Positions 46,654-56,653 of a DNA stretch of 64,000 nucleotides are shown here, piece by piece. The DNA is taken from IMG/VR virus record IMGVR_UViG_3300028676_000005, positions 165,430 to 229,429 of that record. One strand, 5' to 3'. Below the pieces are notes generated by a model. That model did not search any database and was not told the origin of the DNA. It saw only the letters and a program-made list of their open reading frames with translations. The stretch's first letter is position 1, and each line of letters begins with the position of its first letter. Made by a program: the position numbers and the translations under genes.

Positions 46654-48963
46654 CTACTGCATCGCGAGGTCAGATTGAAGTACTCTAAACGATTTCTGTT
46701 TAGCTGCAAACGCTACCCGTCGTTTGTCCATACACTCGCCATGTTTGGGAATGTCCACACAGACTGGGAAGATAAAGCGCGCATCACAACGACCGCCAAA
46801 TTTACCTAACAGGTTACGAACACGACCAGCCATCTGTTTGTTCCGTTGTGTGGAGAAAACAGTGTGGAAGGAAATGGCTGTGATCAATCCTGGGATGTCT
46901 TTACCGGTACCGCAGCTACCTGGGGTGGTTATCAGATTTTCGTGCTCCATGTACTTCTTAGGAGTCTTTTTATCCAATGTTCCCAGGAACGTGTCGAAGT
47001 CTTCACCCGGGTAACGCTCCCGGAACTTCTCTTTCATAAGCAGCGCCATTTCAATCAGAGTAAAGAAGAAGATACATTTAGTACCAGGCTCCTTTTGATC
47101 CAAATAAAACATACGATACATTTCGTCGGCTAACTCAAAGTAGAAGTTAGTCAACGCCTCGCTCTTAAGTATAGACTTCTCCAGTGCGATATCATTGTAA
47201 CTACCGAACTGTTGAGATTGAATCTTGTACTTACGAACATCCATCTGATAAAGATAAGCGACAAAGTCAATGTAGTTCTCAGGTTCTGGTTCTTTAAGCC
47301 GGATTGCGATTGGTGCCATCCTGAGGTACATCTTGTTCATGAATGGATCGTCACCTTTTAAGGTAGCCGACAGCATGAACGTTTTAGCTACGTTACCATA
47401 AAGCATAGACAAGCATACTTCATGGAACGACTCATGACTCTCGTCGATCACACGCAGCCCAGGGGCTATCTTAGCGATGACAGTGTCAAGGCATGGTAAG
47501 TTACCATCCTTTCGCTGCGCCCGCATGTACGTGCTTATACGAGTAATAGGAAGGATAATTAACTTAGGCTCGATCCGCCCATCATTAATAATGTCTCCCA
47601 ATCTTGGTAAATCAGTAAACTCCCAAATCAATACGTCTTTTGCAGCAACCTCAAACATTTCTGCTAGGTCTTTCTGCCAGATAGGGATGTAACGTGGCTG
47701 AATAGTAATCAATGTTCGCTTGCCAAGTTTCATCATGGCAAACAACGACATATACGTGTTGTGTGTCACAATGAAATCGTCGGTAATGTAAAGCCGACTT
47801 GGGTGAGCAATAGAAATGCAACGAACTGGCTCAGATATTTTAAGATCCTCGATTGACATGATTGCCAACTCGGGAACTTCTAGTCTGACTAACTCACCAG
47901 CACGCTTCTTGTAAATTGGATCACTAAACAGATCTTCTGGTCGTGAGTACCAGACGGTCATCCAATGACCCGTGTCACCGTCTTCATGACCGTGATACAG
48001 CGCTTTACCGCCTAAACTGCGAACAAGGTATTGTACTTCTTCTAATTCTTCCTTATCGTCACTACGGAACCCTAGGTAGCGATCGTCAATAACCATGAAG
48101 CCATTAGTCATCAATGAACGCAATTTGTTTAAACGCTGCTTGTTACTTCCGTACCGATGATCGAAACCTTCTTCAATATTCGGCACACGTTCTGATTTGC
48201 ACAGTGGTATTGTTACACCAGACAGGCGCCCTTTAGTGTCTTGTAGCTCCAGCAACATCCTGGTACTAAAGACCTTACGGAAATCACCAGGCTCAGCCCC
48301 AGGGGCTTCTTTGCCATGATGATCAAACACATCCCACATATGGTCGAGTCCCACATCAACAGACCGGCCATCTTCAAACTTTACACGATACAACTGTTCC
48401 GTGTCTTGTGGGTACACACCGGTAACGTAAGTGACCGATCCATCCCAGGCGATTACTTTATCGCCTTTAACCAATTCGCCCATGGTAGTCCAGCCACCAG
48501 GGATTTTTACTTTGGCATACAACGGCTGAGATTTACCACCACCAGTAGGAGCCGCGTTAACTTTCAACGCACCTGGCTTTAACTGATAGTCAATCCATTC
48601 ATGTTGGTGCTCTCGAGGAGTCTTAAACTGCTCTTTGATGGCAAACTCTACGTCTACCCCAACAATCTCTGGTTCTTTCTTTAAAACGATCCTGGCTTCG
48701 TTATAACCACGATACTTGGCCAGGTTGATCAGATCCTTGAGGATCGAAAGCGGCATGCGGTATTCAGTGCGATCGTTATTAGTGCGGGCAAAGACGTGCG
48801 TCGGTACCCAGCGCTTTTTACGACTGTTAGGGATTGCCTCTTGACCGAACTTGGTTAATTCAGTTCGACAATAGGGTCTTAATACTTGTGCTTCAAACTC
48901 ACCGTAGAAATCCTTTACGATGATGTAGTTGTTTGCAACACTTATAGTTGCGACAGAACGCAT
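46654..48963 (-). CDS. SF2 (UvsW-like) helicase with intein (phiKZ gp75-like)
   Basis: Walker A APTGGGK/T split by intein, DESH, SAT, GTGKDIPGL, QMAGR. Confidence 0.9.
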   Translation of the reverse strand: MRSVATISVANNYIIVKDFYGEFEAQVLRPYCRTELTKFGQEAIPNSRKKRWVPTHVFARTNNDRTEYRMPLSILKDLINLAKYRGYNEARIVLKKEPEIVGVDVEFAIKEQFKTPREHQHEWIDYQLKPGALKVNAAPTGGGKSQPLYAKVKIPGGWTTMGELVKGDKVIAWDGSVTYVTGVYPQDTEQLYRVKFEDGRSVDVGLDHMWDVFDHHGKEAPGAEPGDFRKVFSTRMLLELQDTKGRLSGVTIPLCKSERVPNIEEGFDHRYGSNKQRLNKLRSLMTNGFMVIDDRYLGFRSDDKEELEEVQYLVRSLGGKALYHGHEDGDTGHWMTVWYSRPEDLFSDPIYKKRAGELVRLEVPELAIMSIEDLKISEPVRCISIAHPSRLYITDDFIVTHNTYMSLFAMMKLGKRTLITIQPRYIPIWQKDLAEMFEVAAKDVLIWEFTDLPRLGDIINDGRIEPKLIILPITRISTYMRAQRKDGNLPCLDTVIAKIAPGLRVIDESHESFHEVCLSMLYGNVAKTFMLSATLKGDDPFMNKMYLRMAPIAIRLKEPEPENYIDFVAYLYQMDVRKYKIQSQQFGSYNDIALEKSILKSEALTNFYFELADEMYRMFYLDQKEPGTKCIFFFTLIEMALLMKEKFRERYPGEDFDTFLGTLDKKTPKKYMEHENLITTPGSCGTGKDIPGLITAISFHTVFSTQRNKQMAGRVRNLLGKFGGRCDARFIFPVCVDIPKHGECMDKRRVAFAAKQKSFRVLQSDLAMQ
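47758..48531 (-). mobile_element. Intein (258 aa) with degenerate LAGLIDADG-type endonuclease remnant
   Basis: Block A SQPLYAKV, block B DHMW, block F VRCISI, block G FIVTHN|T; inserted in the P-loop. Confidence 0.92.
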
Positions 48964-49017
48964 TCAATATCCTCTTTACATAGGGGGGTGGGTACCCCCC
49001 TTGCGGGGAGGCACCTA

Positions 49018-51027
49018 TTACGTTACCCCGTGCTGGAAGAAGGTTTCCAATGGACTGGACTGACGATCTTTTACCAGGAAGGTTTTAACGTTGCTGAGAA
49101 CAGTCTGTTGACCCTCAGCAATGAGCATGGTACCAGCACCTCGGTTCTTCACACACGTCATAAAGTTCTCAAAGTACTTTGGACCAGTACCCCAAGTTAG
49201 CTTATACGACAGATTGGCTGGATCTTTACACAGCAATGCAGCCAGCATGATTTCCGGGTGTATGATGTTAATGCCCTTAGTTTCCTGGGCGATGAGTGTC
49301 CAGAACTCGGCCAGCACTTCACCAAAGATCTTGGGAGTTACTGGTTGCGATTTCCAGGCGCTGTTACGCTTGTTGAACGTCAAGAAGTTTTCTACACGAC
49401 TGCGGTGAGCATCCAAGCCTTCCCGTGTAAGTGGGAGTACAAAGATTGGAGCTTTAGCCGACCAGCCATCCAGATTGACTGCAATGTGTTTCTTATCGAG
49501 AACTTCCCAGCCTTTGTCCATAAGGAACCGCAGGAACTCCAACGAGAACCGTGAGGTACGTGAGGATACAGAAGTTTGAGCCGAATGTTGTTGGATAGTT
49601 TTACCACCCACCATTACGTCTTCGATCTCATACTGGAACGTAACGTCAGCAAAGTAAGGAAGTTTATCAATCCCTACTTCGTCGAGTACGTCTAGCGAAC
49701 GCAAGTCAGCTAGGTCGCGGACCATACTTGACTTGAGAATTAACTTAGTATCTTTTACGCACATCTCTGGCTTGAGGAAGATTTTGTCTCCATCAGAGGT
49801 CAGGATCTCACGGTCCTTGTTAGCTACCACGAACCGGCGACTTACAGCATTTCGGATAAAGTGCTTAGTAGAAAGCATCTTCTGACCAAGCGGGTTACAA
49901 ATGGTTGTCGCAGCAAACATCCCGAGGTTTGCGTCTCGAGCCATGATGACGTTGTACGGGATAGAACCTTTCATGGCTCCCACACACTTACCACACGGCA
50001 TGCCATCCACACCAGCCGTACAGAAAGCAATACTGCGGAAACGAATGGTCTCCCCAGTTTTAATCTCAAGTACGTTTGTATGGTCAATCATTCTTTCGCT
50101 ACCGTCATCCATCAGACGGTATTTGCCTACGCAGGCTAGTGCCAGCTCAGCGCTAGGAATGTACATCTCAACCAGCTGGTTGCTACCACAGTCGACATCA
50201 TGAAGAATGCCTTTGACCACAGCAGTTGCTAAGTGAGTTTTACGGTGAAACCATTCGGAGTCTTTCAGCCCACGGCCGTTAGAGATCAAGCTCATACCGG
50301 ATGATTTACCATCACCCAACACGTCTACTTGGTCCACGATGCCTTCGGCGTAGTTACTCATGATTGCGTTTGGTAGGATCGCGTTACTCAGGTCAAATAC
50401 GTTAGCACGTAAAACTGCCAACTGATATGCCTGGTTAACACTCACGCCGCCTGTGCGCGTCATCAGTGCAACGGTATTATTGATCAGACTTTCGTCATTA
50501 CGAATATGGTCGCTAAACATGTTTTCGCCATCATCGATGGAGATCTCACGATTGCGTACCTTTCTTTGTATTTCGATAATGCCTGGGTTCAGCATTAACT
50601 CATCCACGCATTCAGCGCGAGCAGAGATAATGGAACGTTCGGTCATTACCGTGATCATGTTGTTAAGCTTGGCTTGCCAAGCGTGGATCAGTCGCTTGTT
50701 GTGATCGTTCTCAACTGGGTTAGGTAAGTCTCCCTTAATACCGAGGATGTAATCCAACGGAATCTTGAGAGTTCTGTCATTGTAAACAATGTTCCGGTGT
50801 TTCTCTTCACGAGGAGACGGGACCAATTCGTCAATGCTGTACGGGACGTCGTTATACTTACGGTGAATCAACAGGCCTTGCCAGGTTAGCATCAACGCAT
50901 ATGAATCAGACTTGGCTTTGCGGCCAGCGTCATCAACAACGTCAACCGCCTTTCGGATGTTTCGCCAACGGAGAATATCCTTTTCCGTTAAATTGGCGAA
51001 GTACCGAAGATTTACTTCCATTGTCAT
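49018..51027 (-). CDS. Non-virion RNA polymerase beta-prime C-terminal subunit (phiKZ gp74-like)
   Basis: LKDSEWFHRK bridge helix, DCGS, RSIAFC..CGKCVG Zn site, trigger-loop-like QKMLSTKH. Confidence 0.9.
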   Translation of the reverse strand: MTMEVNLRYFANLTEKDILRWRNIRKAVDVVDDAGRKAKSDSYALMLTWQGLLIHRKYNDVPYSIDELVPSPREEKHRNIVYNDRTLKIPLDYILGIKGDLPNPVENDHNKRLIHAWQAKLNNMITVMTERSIISARAECVDELMLNPGIIEIQRKVRNREISIDDGENMFSDHIRNDESLINNTVALMTRTGGVSVNQAYQLAVLRANVFDLSNAILPNAIMSNYAEGIVDQVDVLGDGKSSGMSLISNGRGLKDSEWFHRKTHLATAVVKGILHDVDCGSNQLVEMYIPSAELALACVGKYRLMDDGSERMIDHTNVLEIKTGETIRFRSIAFCTAGVDGMPCGKCVGAMKGSIPYNVIMARDANLGMFAATTICNPLGQKMLSTKHFIRNAVSRRFVVANKDREILTSDGDKIFLKPEMCVKDTKLILKSSMVRDLADLRSLDVLDEVGIDKLPYFADVTFQYEIEDVMVGGKTIQQHSAQTSVSSRTSRFSLEFLRFLMDKGWEVLDKKHIAVNLDGWSAKAPIFVLPLTREGLDAHRSRVENFLTFNKRNSAWKSQPVTPKIFGEVLAEFWTLIAQETKGINIIHPEIMLAALLCKDPANLSYKLTWGTGPKYFENFMTCVKNRGAGTMLIAEGQQTVLSNVKTFLVKDRQSSPLETFFQHGVT

Positions 51028-51037
51028 GTCACGGCCC

Positions 51038-53248
51038 TTATTGTGGGGATTGACTATCTTCTTTCAGGATAGCGTTAAGGGTTTCGTCTTGAAGCATTTC
51101 TGCCATCACATGTTCAGGCACAAAGTTATCGGCTGATCGATCTTCAGGAAGCTCTGCACGAATTGTCCAACCAGAGTCAGACAACATGTCCATGGACATT
51201 TGCACGGCTCGGTTATAGATGTACTCGTCAGGCTTAACCAACAGGTCAATGTTAAACGAATCGTTTGCACGAATGATGCGACGAGTTACCCTGGTACGCA
51301 ACTCCGGGGAGTTAGCCAATGCCAAGTTCTTATTGATTTCCTGAGCACCGGCCTGGCTAGCAGTCAGACGAGCCTCAGTTTCACCTTTGTTACGGTTAGG
51401 CTTGTTTTGCAGGAAGTCTGCATATTTGTACATGTCGTTTGGTTTAGCGGGCATACCAAACATGTTGGAGAGTGGCATTGCTTGCGCACTCATATCTGTA
51501 CCGAACTTATCCAACAACATGAAGTGCTGGTTAGTCATGAGTACAGGGTTGTCGCTTTCTACGTTTTCCCCAAGACTATCGTAGAAGGTAATCTTTTCTG
51601 GTTTATAGGAGTAGACCTGGCGCAGTGCACGAATGATGGCAACACCATACAGCTTGGTGTTACTAACAACTTGGACACTGATTTGTGTCTTAGCGGTGTA
51701 ATCAATGTACTCTGCAATTACAGCATCACCTACCACTGTCCGTTTAACCAGCTCAGCAAACTCTGGGAAACCGGTCTCGAAGAACTTCATCAGTGTGGCG
51801 AAAGCTTCGGCGTACTTACCTTGCTTACGCAGGGCAACTACTTCTTTATGAACGCGAACGTTAATAAAGTTAATACTTTGTTCCAACAACATCGAGAAGA
51901 TCTGCCGACGGAATGCCGGGATGTTGTTAATAACGATATCTGCATAGGTGCCGTCTGGTGCACGAGGTGCCATCCATTGCGGGATGATTCTTACGATTAC
52001 ACCTTTGTCGCCGTTCATACCAGTCATCTTGAACTTAGCACGAGCGACCACGTTTTCACGCAGGATTATGTTTACGGTCCAGTCTTTCAACTTGGAACGC
52101 TTGATGCCACGGAACAGTGTGTTGATTTTACCCAGTGGGCTACGGGTATAACTGGCGGACGCCATACGCAGGAAAGTATCCAGCTGGTTAGACACTGGAA
52201 TGTCCAGGTCATTGTTAGCAGCCAGCTTTTGGTTATACCAGCGGATTACGCTGTTCCACATGTCGTTCTGACGACGTTCGTAACGATCCAGTTGTTTGGT
52301 ATGGGTTTGCTCAATGTGGTCCGTAGAGCGGTTATTAGAGCGGTCCTTCATACGCTCGCTGATTACTTCCACCGACATTACCTCTGCATCCACTGGGGTG
52401 CGGAACAGAATGTCATGGTTGATGTCAGGAGTACGCAGTGCTTTCTTGGTCAGTGTGGTGAGAGCCGTTTTGCTGTTACGCTTACGGAAACCCATTACAA
52501 TGCCGTCTGCACGAATACGTTCGCCAGATTCTGGCAACGCCTTTGGATCATCGTCAGTACCATACAGCATCAAAGGAACTACTTCATCTTCGTTCCAGCT
52601 GTGGCTGCGCAAGTGTTTAAACATGCACATCAGCTTTTGAGATGCCGCTACGTCGGTAATGGCGATACCGTCCTCTTCGGTGTAGTGGAATGAACCGGCG
52701 CAGGTTACCAGGTCAGTACCAAATAGCCATTCTTTGGTATCACTGATACGAGGACTTTGACCAAAGATAGTGCCTTTAGGGAATCGGGCACCTTTCTCAA
52801 TACGACCCATTACTTTCTGGTCGTACACATATTCAAAACCGATATAAGTATTCTGTGTATTGTATTTAGGTAGTTCCAAAACGTCATAAGCATTGAGCTC
52901 GTCGTTCTTAAATACCAGCCACATGGCACCCCATTTGTCAATGATGTCCCCAGAAGGGCTTGGGGAGTTTACAAAGAAGACTTCTTCAACCACCATGTTA
53001 CTAGGTGCTTCAATGCGACGCGCACCTTTTGCATATTGGTATTCTGCACCAGTGATGATCTTGCGTTTAGAACGACCATTGGTGTCTACGGATTTAGGGA
53101 TCATGTTACCAACCATGTACATACGGGTTGGTGATGAAATCCATGGGAAGCATACAAGGTTAATACCGACGCCTTGCAGCTCTGGGTCCATTTGGTTGGG
53201 ACGTTTTAAATATTCGAATTGTTCCGGTAAATTGTCAAAATCAAGCAT
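51038..53248 (-). CDS. Non-virion RNA polymerase beta C-terminal subunit (phiKZ gp71-73-like), uninterrupted
   Basis: SSPTRMYM, EEDGIAI, KMTGMNGDKGVI, ADIVIN, GETEAR motifs. Confidence 0.92.
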   Translation of the reverse strand: MLDFDNLPEQFEYLKRPNQMDPELQGVGINLVCFPWISSPTRMYMVGNMIPKSVDTNGRSKRKIITGAEYQYAKGARRIEAPSNMVVEEVFFVNSPSPSGDIIDKWGAMWLVFKNDELNAYDVLELPKYNTQNTYIGFEYVYDQKVMGRIEKGARFPKGTIFGQSPRISDTKEWLFGTDLVTCAGSFHYTEEDGIAITDVAASQKLMCMFKHLRSHSWNEDEVVPLMLYGTDDDPKALPESGERIRADGIVMGFRKRNSKTALTTLTKKALRTPDINHDILFRTPVDAEVMSVEVISERMKDRSNNRSTDHIEQTHTKQLDRYERRQNDMWNSVIRWYNQKLAANNDLDIPVSNQLDTFLRMASASYTRSPLGKINTLFRGIKRSKLKDWTVNIILRENVVARAKFKMTGMNGDKGVIVRIIPQWMAPRAPDGTYADIVINNIPAFRRQIFSMLLEQSINFINVRVHKEVVALRKQGKYAEAFATLMKFFETGFPEFAELVKRTVVGDAVIAEYIDYTAKTQISVQVVSNTKLYGVAIIRALRQVYSYKPEKITFYDSLGENVESDNPVLMTNQHFMLLDKFGTDMSAQAMPLSNMFGMPAKPNDMYKYADFLQNKPNRNKGETEARLTASQAGAQEINKNLALANSPELRTRVTRRIIRANDSFNIDLLVKPDEYIYNRAVQMSMDMLSDSGWTIRAELPEDRSADNFVPEHVMAEMLQDETLNAILKEDSQSPQ

Positions 53249-53279
53249 GGTCCCACTCCTAATAAAACTTTATACTAGC

Positions 53280-53303
53280 ACACACTGATGATATAGGTTC
53301 AAA
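53280..53303 (-). promoter_or_regulatory. Early-type promoter copy
   Basis: TTTGAACCTATATCATCAGTGTGT, aligns with the other three copies. Confidence 0.55.
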
Positions 53304-53336
53304 AAAGTATAACCACTCCATTATAGAGATTAAGTC

Positions 53337-53666
53337 ATGCCAATTGGTTCTATTCGTAATAGTGCAGCTAATGCCGTCTTTTTTACTCCAGAATACAAAA
53401 CTCTTGTTCGGTCTCTTAAAGAAATTCTGGTAAAAGAAGCTCAATCAATTCCTGTTGTTAATGCTAACGAGCGATACGCTTACCGTTACGACTTTTACAG
53501 ACTTCTCCGCAGTTTAAAGATTCCTAGTCATATGTACTGGACGGTTGCATTTCTTAACGGTGTTACTGATCCGACCAAGGATAACAGTAGCATTATTGAA
53601 GTTTTGAACATTAGCGAAGAATCAGTACTCCGCGCTATATCACGAAGTAATACACGGGAAGGTTAA
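53337..53666 (+). CDS. Small conserved protein, possible T4 gp53/LysM-like baseplate wedge fold
   Basis: 109 aa; YRYDFY.LL...YW.VAFLNGVTDP pattern. Confidence 0.6.
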   Translation: MPIGSIRNSAANAVFFTPEYKTLVRSLKEILVKEAQSIPVVNANERYAYRYDFYRLLRSLKIPSHMYWTVAFLNGVTDPTKDNSSIIEVLNISEESVLRAISRSNTREG

Positions 53667-53683
53667 AAAACAATTAATAGTAA

Positions 53684-53715
53684 CCAGTACTCCAGCCTTG
53701 CGGCTGGAGTACTGG
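53684..53715. terminator. Bidirectional terminator-like hairpin
   Basis: 14-bp stem CCAGTACTCCAGCC-ttgc-GGCTGGAGTACTGG. Confidence 0.85.
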
Positions 53716-53727
53716 ATTATTCACGCA

Positions 53728-55191
53728 TTAATAAACTGGGTTATCGAACTGGTTACCAGTAACGATACTACCACCGCTGGATGCTGCCGGAGCTTGTGGT
53801 TGCATCATACCGCCAGCCATTTGCATCATCATCAACTGTTGAGGGGTCAGACCCATCATTGCCATCATTGGGTTCATTGCCCCAACACCAGGTACGGATA
53901 ATCCTGGGATACCGGAGTTTTGTGGAACCGCCGATACGTCATTACGCTGCAACATGGTGCCTGCACGAGTACAGGTATAAACAACCTGCGAGTTAGTCAG
54001 GGTGTTCAGTGCGTAGTGACGGATCTGATTGGCGTATGGATCGATCTCGTAACGCAGGTAACGGTCACCGGTGATCATCGGTGGTGGTGTTACAACAAAA
54101 CCGTCAACAACGCCAGTCATCGGCATACCCATTTGCTGGGCATTGGTAACTTGGTGTTGTTGCAGTTGATTTTGCTGTACCGCTGGTTGTTGATGGTGAT
54201 TCGACGTAACCGAGAACATGTTGGCCATGCCGTTCATGGCATTGGTACTTTCGGCCGCTTCGTCCTGGGTGTTGTGGGTGTTGTAGTCCAGAGAAGGAAC
54301 CTGACGATACAACGTCGGGAGTTCTTCCATCTGCTCGGTCCAGCTCAGATCGATTGGATAGATACCCAACTTATCGAAGTCACCACGGAACATGTTCTGG
54401 ATTCGGTTCATTTGCTCGGCAATCTGCTCGAAGCAACCGAAGTAAGAGATCATGCGGGATGCCGACGAGTTGGTTGACTCGTAGCTTGCACTTTCTGGAT
54501 CGGTTACAGCCGGGATGATTACTTGGAACAGGTGAGCCAGCAACTTCAGGGCGCCACGAGAAACAGACACACCGTTCAGTTCGACAGTCTGGTTGTCGGC
54601 CTGGCCTTCGCTTTGAGAGAGACGTTTGATGATCTCGCTGTACATTGGGAAGACGGGCTTGGTTTTGTGGTAAACCTTGCTACCGCCGCTAGTCTGACTA
54701 CGACCGGCGCCTTTGGAAACTTTCAGGTGAATGAAACGGGTGTCGATACCGTTGTCATCGATCTCGACGGTGAACCGGGCCATGATGCTTTCCAGCTCAT
54801 CGATGGTCTTCTTCTTGGCCGCTTTGAGGGGTTCCAGGATGTTGAGGATGTTCTGGTTCCAGTTACGCTTTTCTTTGCCGGCAGCGATGCTTGCAAGGAT
54901 CGGAGGATACTTCTTAAACAGCTCCAGCAGTTTGATACCGACCATGCGACGGATGATCTTGAAGATCTCGGTCTCTTTACTGGTGATATGTTCACAGCCT
55001 GGGTGGAAGAAGACCTTGTCCGAAGTGTCATTGGATTCCAGAACTTCGGTTACGGGCAGGAACAGGAACATGCCGTCCACACGAATGTCGATTTCCTTAT
55101 TGCCTACCGACAGTACAATCTGACTGTTGGGTTTGACGATACCGCCAATCGCCATGAGGATTGCTTTGTACAACTTGTTGAGATCGTTCAT
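53728..55191 (-). CDS. Conserved core protein (phiKZ gp70-like) with Q/M/G-rich tail
   Basis: 487 aa, FFHPGCEHI motif, synteny between PicA and nvRNAP beta. Confidence 0.75.
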   Translation of the reverse strand: MNDLNKLYKAILMAIGGIVKPNSQIVLSVGNKEIDIRVDGMFLFLPVTEVLESNDTSDKVFFHPGCEHITSKETEIFKIIRRMVGIKLLELFKKYPPILASIAAGKEKRNWNQNILNILEPLKAAKKKTIDELESIMARFTVEIDDNGIDTRFIHLKVSKGAGRSQTSGGSKVYHKTKPVFPMYSEIIKRLSQSEGQADNQTVELNGVSVSRGALKLLAHLFQVIIPAVTDPESASYESTNSSASRMISYFGCFEQIAEQMNRIQNMFRGDFDKLGIYPIDLSWTEQMEELPTLYRQVPSLDYNTHNTQDEAAESTNAMNGMANMFSVTSNHHQQPAVQQNQLQQHQVTNAQQMGMPMTGVVDGFVVTPPPMITGDRYLRYEIDPYANQIRHYALNTLTNSQVVYTCTRAGTMLQRNDVSAVPQNSGIPGLSVPGVGAMNPMMAMMGLTPQQLMMMQMAGGMMQPQAPAASSGGSIVTGNQFDNPVY

Positions 55192-55204
55192 TCAACTGCC
55201 CTTA

Positions 55205-56638
55205 TTAATTGATATATTCGCGAAGATTGTTCAGGAAGTTTACCGCATCATTAACACCGGTTTCAGTACCAGCGATGTTCGGACTAGTCCGACAGATGTA
55301 GTATGTCGCATTGGTGTAATTTTGCATGGTCTGTTCGTCGCCATTGAAGAACAGTTCCACACTGGTCTCACCAAACAAAGAGCAGGTAACAGAAATGTTT
55401 ACGATGGTACGCTGATGTTCATAACCAGTGTTGAACTTGGTGTAGAACTTATCTTTAAACAATTGCGTAAAACGTTCCAGCCGGTTAATGGCATATGGGT
55501 CCTGGTCGGAGATCGACATGAACTCACCGGTTACCAGCTTAACGCCATCTTCATCCATGAAACCGCCGAACTCTGCCACGTTGTTAGTAGCAGCAAATAC
55601 GACGTGGGTCAGACCGGCACGGATTGCCAAGTCAGCACAGAGAAATGCGATTTCTTTTGCTGTGGACTCGATGATAGTAGTAGCGCCGTAAGCGTAAGAC
55701 ATCGCCACGTTGTCTACTTCGTCGAACAGGTTAGCGTTCAACATACGGTCGTCGAGTACATCTGTAAAGTTTTCGAAGACGCTGGCAATCTCGCCCAGAG
55801 TAAACCCTTCAAAGCCTTTATAGTGCCAGGTGCCAGTAGCAACAGCCATAGCACGGAAGAACTCGTTATCCGATACCAGCTGCTCAGCCATGGAGTTGGC
55901 GTAGATGCTGCCGGATATACTGTCTTCAATACCCATGCCGCCAGTAACGTCATCATGCATCACGTTACCAGCAATTTTCAACAACTGTTTAGCGTAATGT
56001 GTGCTGTCCATGTTTTGCGTTTTGGAGATCAACAACGCGTTGGACAGGTCAGCGGTAGCGTTACCGACATAACCGGCTTGGCGACCTTCTTGTTCAGTAG
56101 AGATGTATCCCAGCACCTCGTTACCGATGTCGATAGGACGCATTGAGCGCAGTTTCTTACCAGTGTTTGGATCACCGAGCAGGAACTGTGCCGAGTTGTT
56201 TACTGTTTGACGAACATCAGGCATCCCAGTCATATCACTGATGCTGGTGATGTCAATACTCCAGGTGCGTACTGGAACAAAGCGAGTAGCCGGATCGATA
56301 CCATCTTCGCGGGCTTCACCGCCTGCGAGGTAGCCAAGTACGATCAGCTCTACTTCTTTAAGTGCACTTACCATTACAGAAAAACGAAGTCGGCAGAGAC
56401 CACGGCGCATGTTGAAAGTATCTTCAATCTCTACAGCGCCGCGTGGCTGAACAGTAAGACCGCCAGATTGACCGGCGATATCATTGATCATGCTTTCTAC
56501 CAGACCGCCACGGTTAACCTCTTGGATCATGAGGTCTACGTTTTGCGATTCCAGGTTGAGCTGATTGTGACGATGAAAATGTACGTGGTTTGGGTTGCCG
56601 ATGCCCATTGTTACGTCGCGTAGTACGATGTCTGCCAT
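55205..56638 (-). CDS. picA: Phage-nucleus protein import factor PicA/Imp1 (phiKZ gp69-like)
   Basis: 477 aa immediately downstream of gp68-like gene; R..RLRF and MRPIDI motifs; assignment mainly by synteny and size. Confidence 0.72.
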   Translation of the reverse strand: MADIVLRDVTMGIGNPNHVHFHRHNQLNLESQNVDLMIQEVNRGGLVESMINDIAGQSGGLTVQPRGAVEIEDTFNMRRGLCRLRFSVMVSALKEVELIVLGYLAGGEAREDGIDPATRFVPVRTWSIDITSISDMTGMPDVRQTVNNSAQFLLGDPNTGKKLRSMRPIDIGNEVLGYISTEQEGRQAGYVGNATADLSNALLISKTQNMDSTHYAKQLLKIAGNVMHDDVTGGMGIEDSISGSIYANSMAEQLVSDNEFFRAMAVATGTWHYKGFEGFTLGEIASVFENFTDVLDDRMLNANLFDEVDNVAMSYAYGATTIIESTAKEIAFLCADLAIRAGLTHVVFAATNNVAEFGGFMDEDGVKLVTGEFMSISDQDPYAINRLERFTQLFKDKFYTKFNTGYEHQRTIVNISVTCSLFGETSVELFFNGDEQTMQNYTNATYYICRTSPNIAGTETGVNDAVNFLNNLREYIN

Positions 56639-56653
56639 TTCTTACATTCCTTA

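Noticed and set aside
51200-52693. 497-aa + strand ORF
   Set aside because: Antisense to the nvRNAP beta gene; no independent coding evidence.
51038-53248. Group I intron/HNH insertion as in phiKZ gp71-73
   Set aside because: The gene is a single uninterrupted 736-aa frame with all motifs.
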